DNA from: Psammoneis japonica
Lineage: Eukaryota
Direction of reading: 5' to 3'
Length of the DNA: 64,000 nt
NCBI GenBank assembly: GCA_008632985.1
Contig: QPGO01000166.1
Location: 62,001-126,000 of the forward strand
The position numbers and the translations under genes are program-made. Below the pieces are notes generated by a model. The model was not told the DNA's origin. It saw nothing but the letters and a program-made list of their open reading frames with translations, and did no database searches. Within the stretch, counting starts at the first letter, position 1; the number at the start of each line of letters is the position of its first letter. This document shows, piece by piece, positions 63,867 through 64,000 of the stretch.

Positions 63867-64000
63867 TAACCCACCAATTCGAAACGAGAATGGCGTGTAT
63901 GAATGAATGCAATTGTTGACGACAACAGCACTCAGAGCGTCCTCTTTTCCCGCGCCTAGGTCTAAATTGGACGCAAGTCCATCACGAGACCAACGACGAG

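Overview
Eukaryotic nuclear DNA, most likely from a diatom or related stramenopile (inferred from compact genes, ~85-120-nt GT-AG introns and gene content). Two compartments alternate. (1) Ordinary gene islands: Tudor+R2R3-MYB, TRM13, SMC2, VAC14, DNL zinc finger, SPOUT1, TrpF-like, DBP5/DDX19, NudC, NDUFAF1/CIA30, several hypothetical genes, tRNA-Phe and tRNA-Leu. (2) Four large blocks (~15.7-20.45, ~23/26.3-36.3, ~38.4-44.0, ~52.0-62.0 kb) of decayed repeat/TE/pseudogene DNA in which both CpG and TpA are almost absent and TG/CA is very abundant. Comparisons inside the window (a duplicated tRNA flank, tRNA-Phe pseudocopies, an intragenic repeat, Tyr->Cys/His in a Gypsy RT/RNaseH relic) show directional TpA->TpG/CpA transitions that largely spare Y-TA-R and are separable from CpG decay. 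This looks like a repeat-targeted A-to-G hypermutation process, opposite in direction to fungal RIP. Separately, the tRNA-Leu(CAG) gene is split in its D-arm by an 88-nt GT...AG insertion resembling a spliceosomal intron. All counts and alignments were done by eye, and novelty relative to the literature was not checked.
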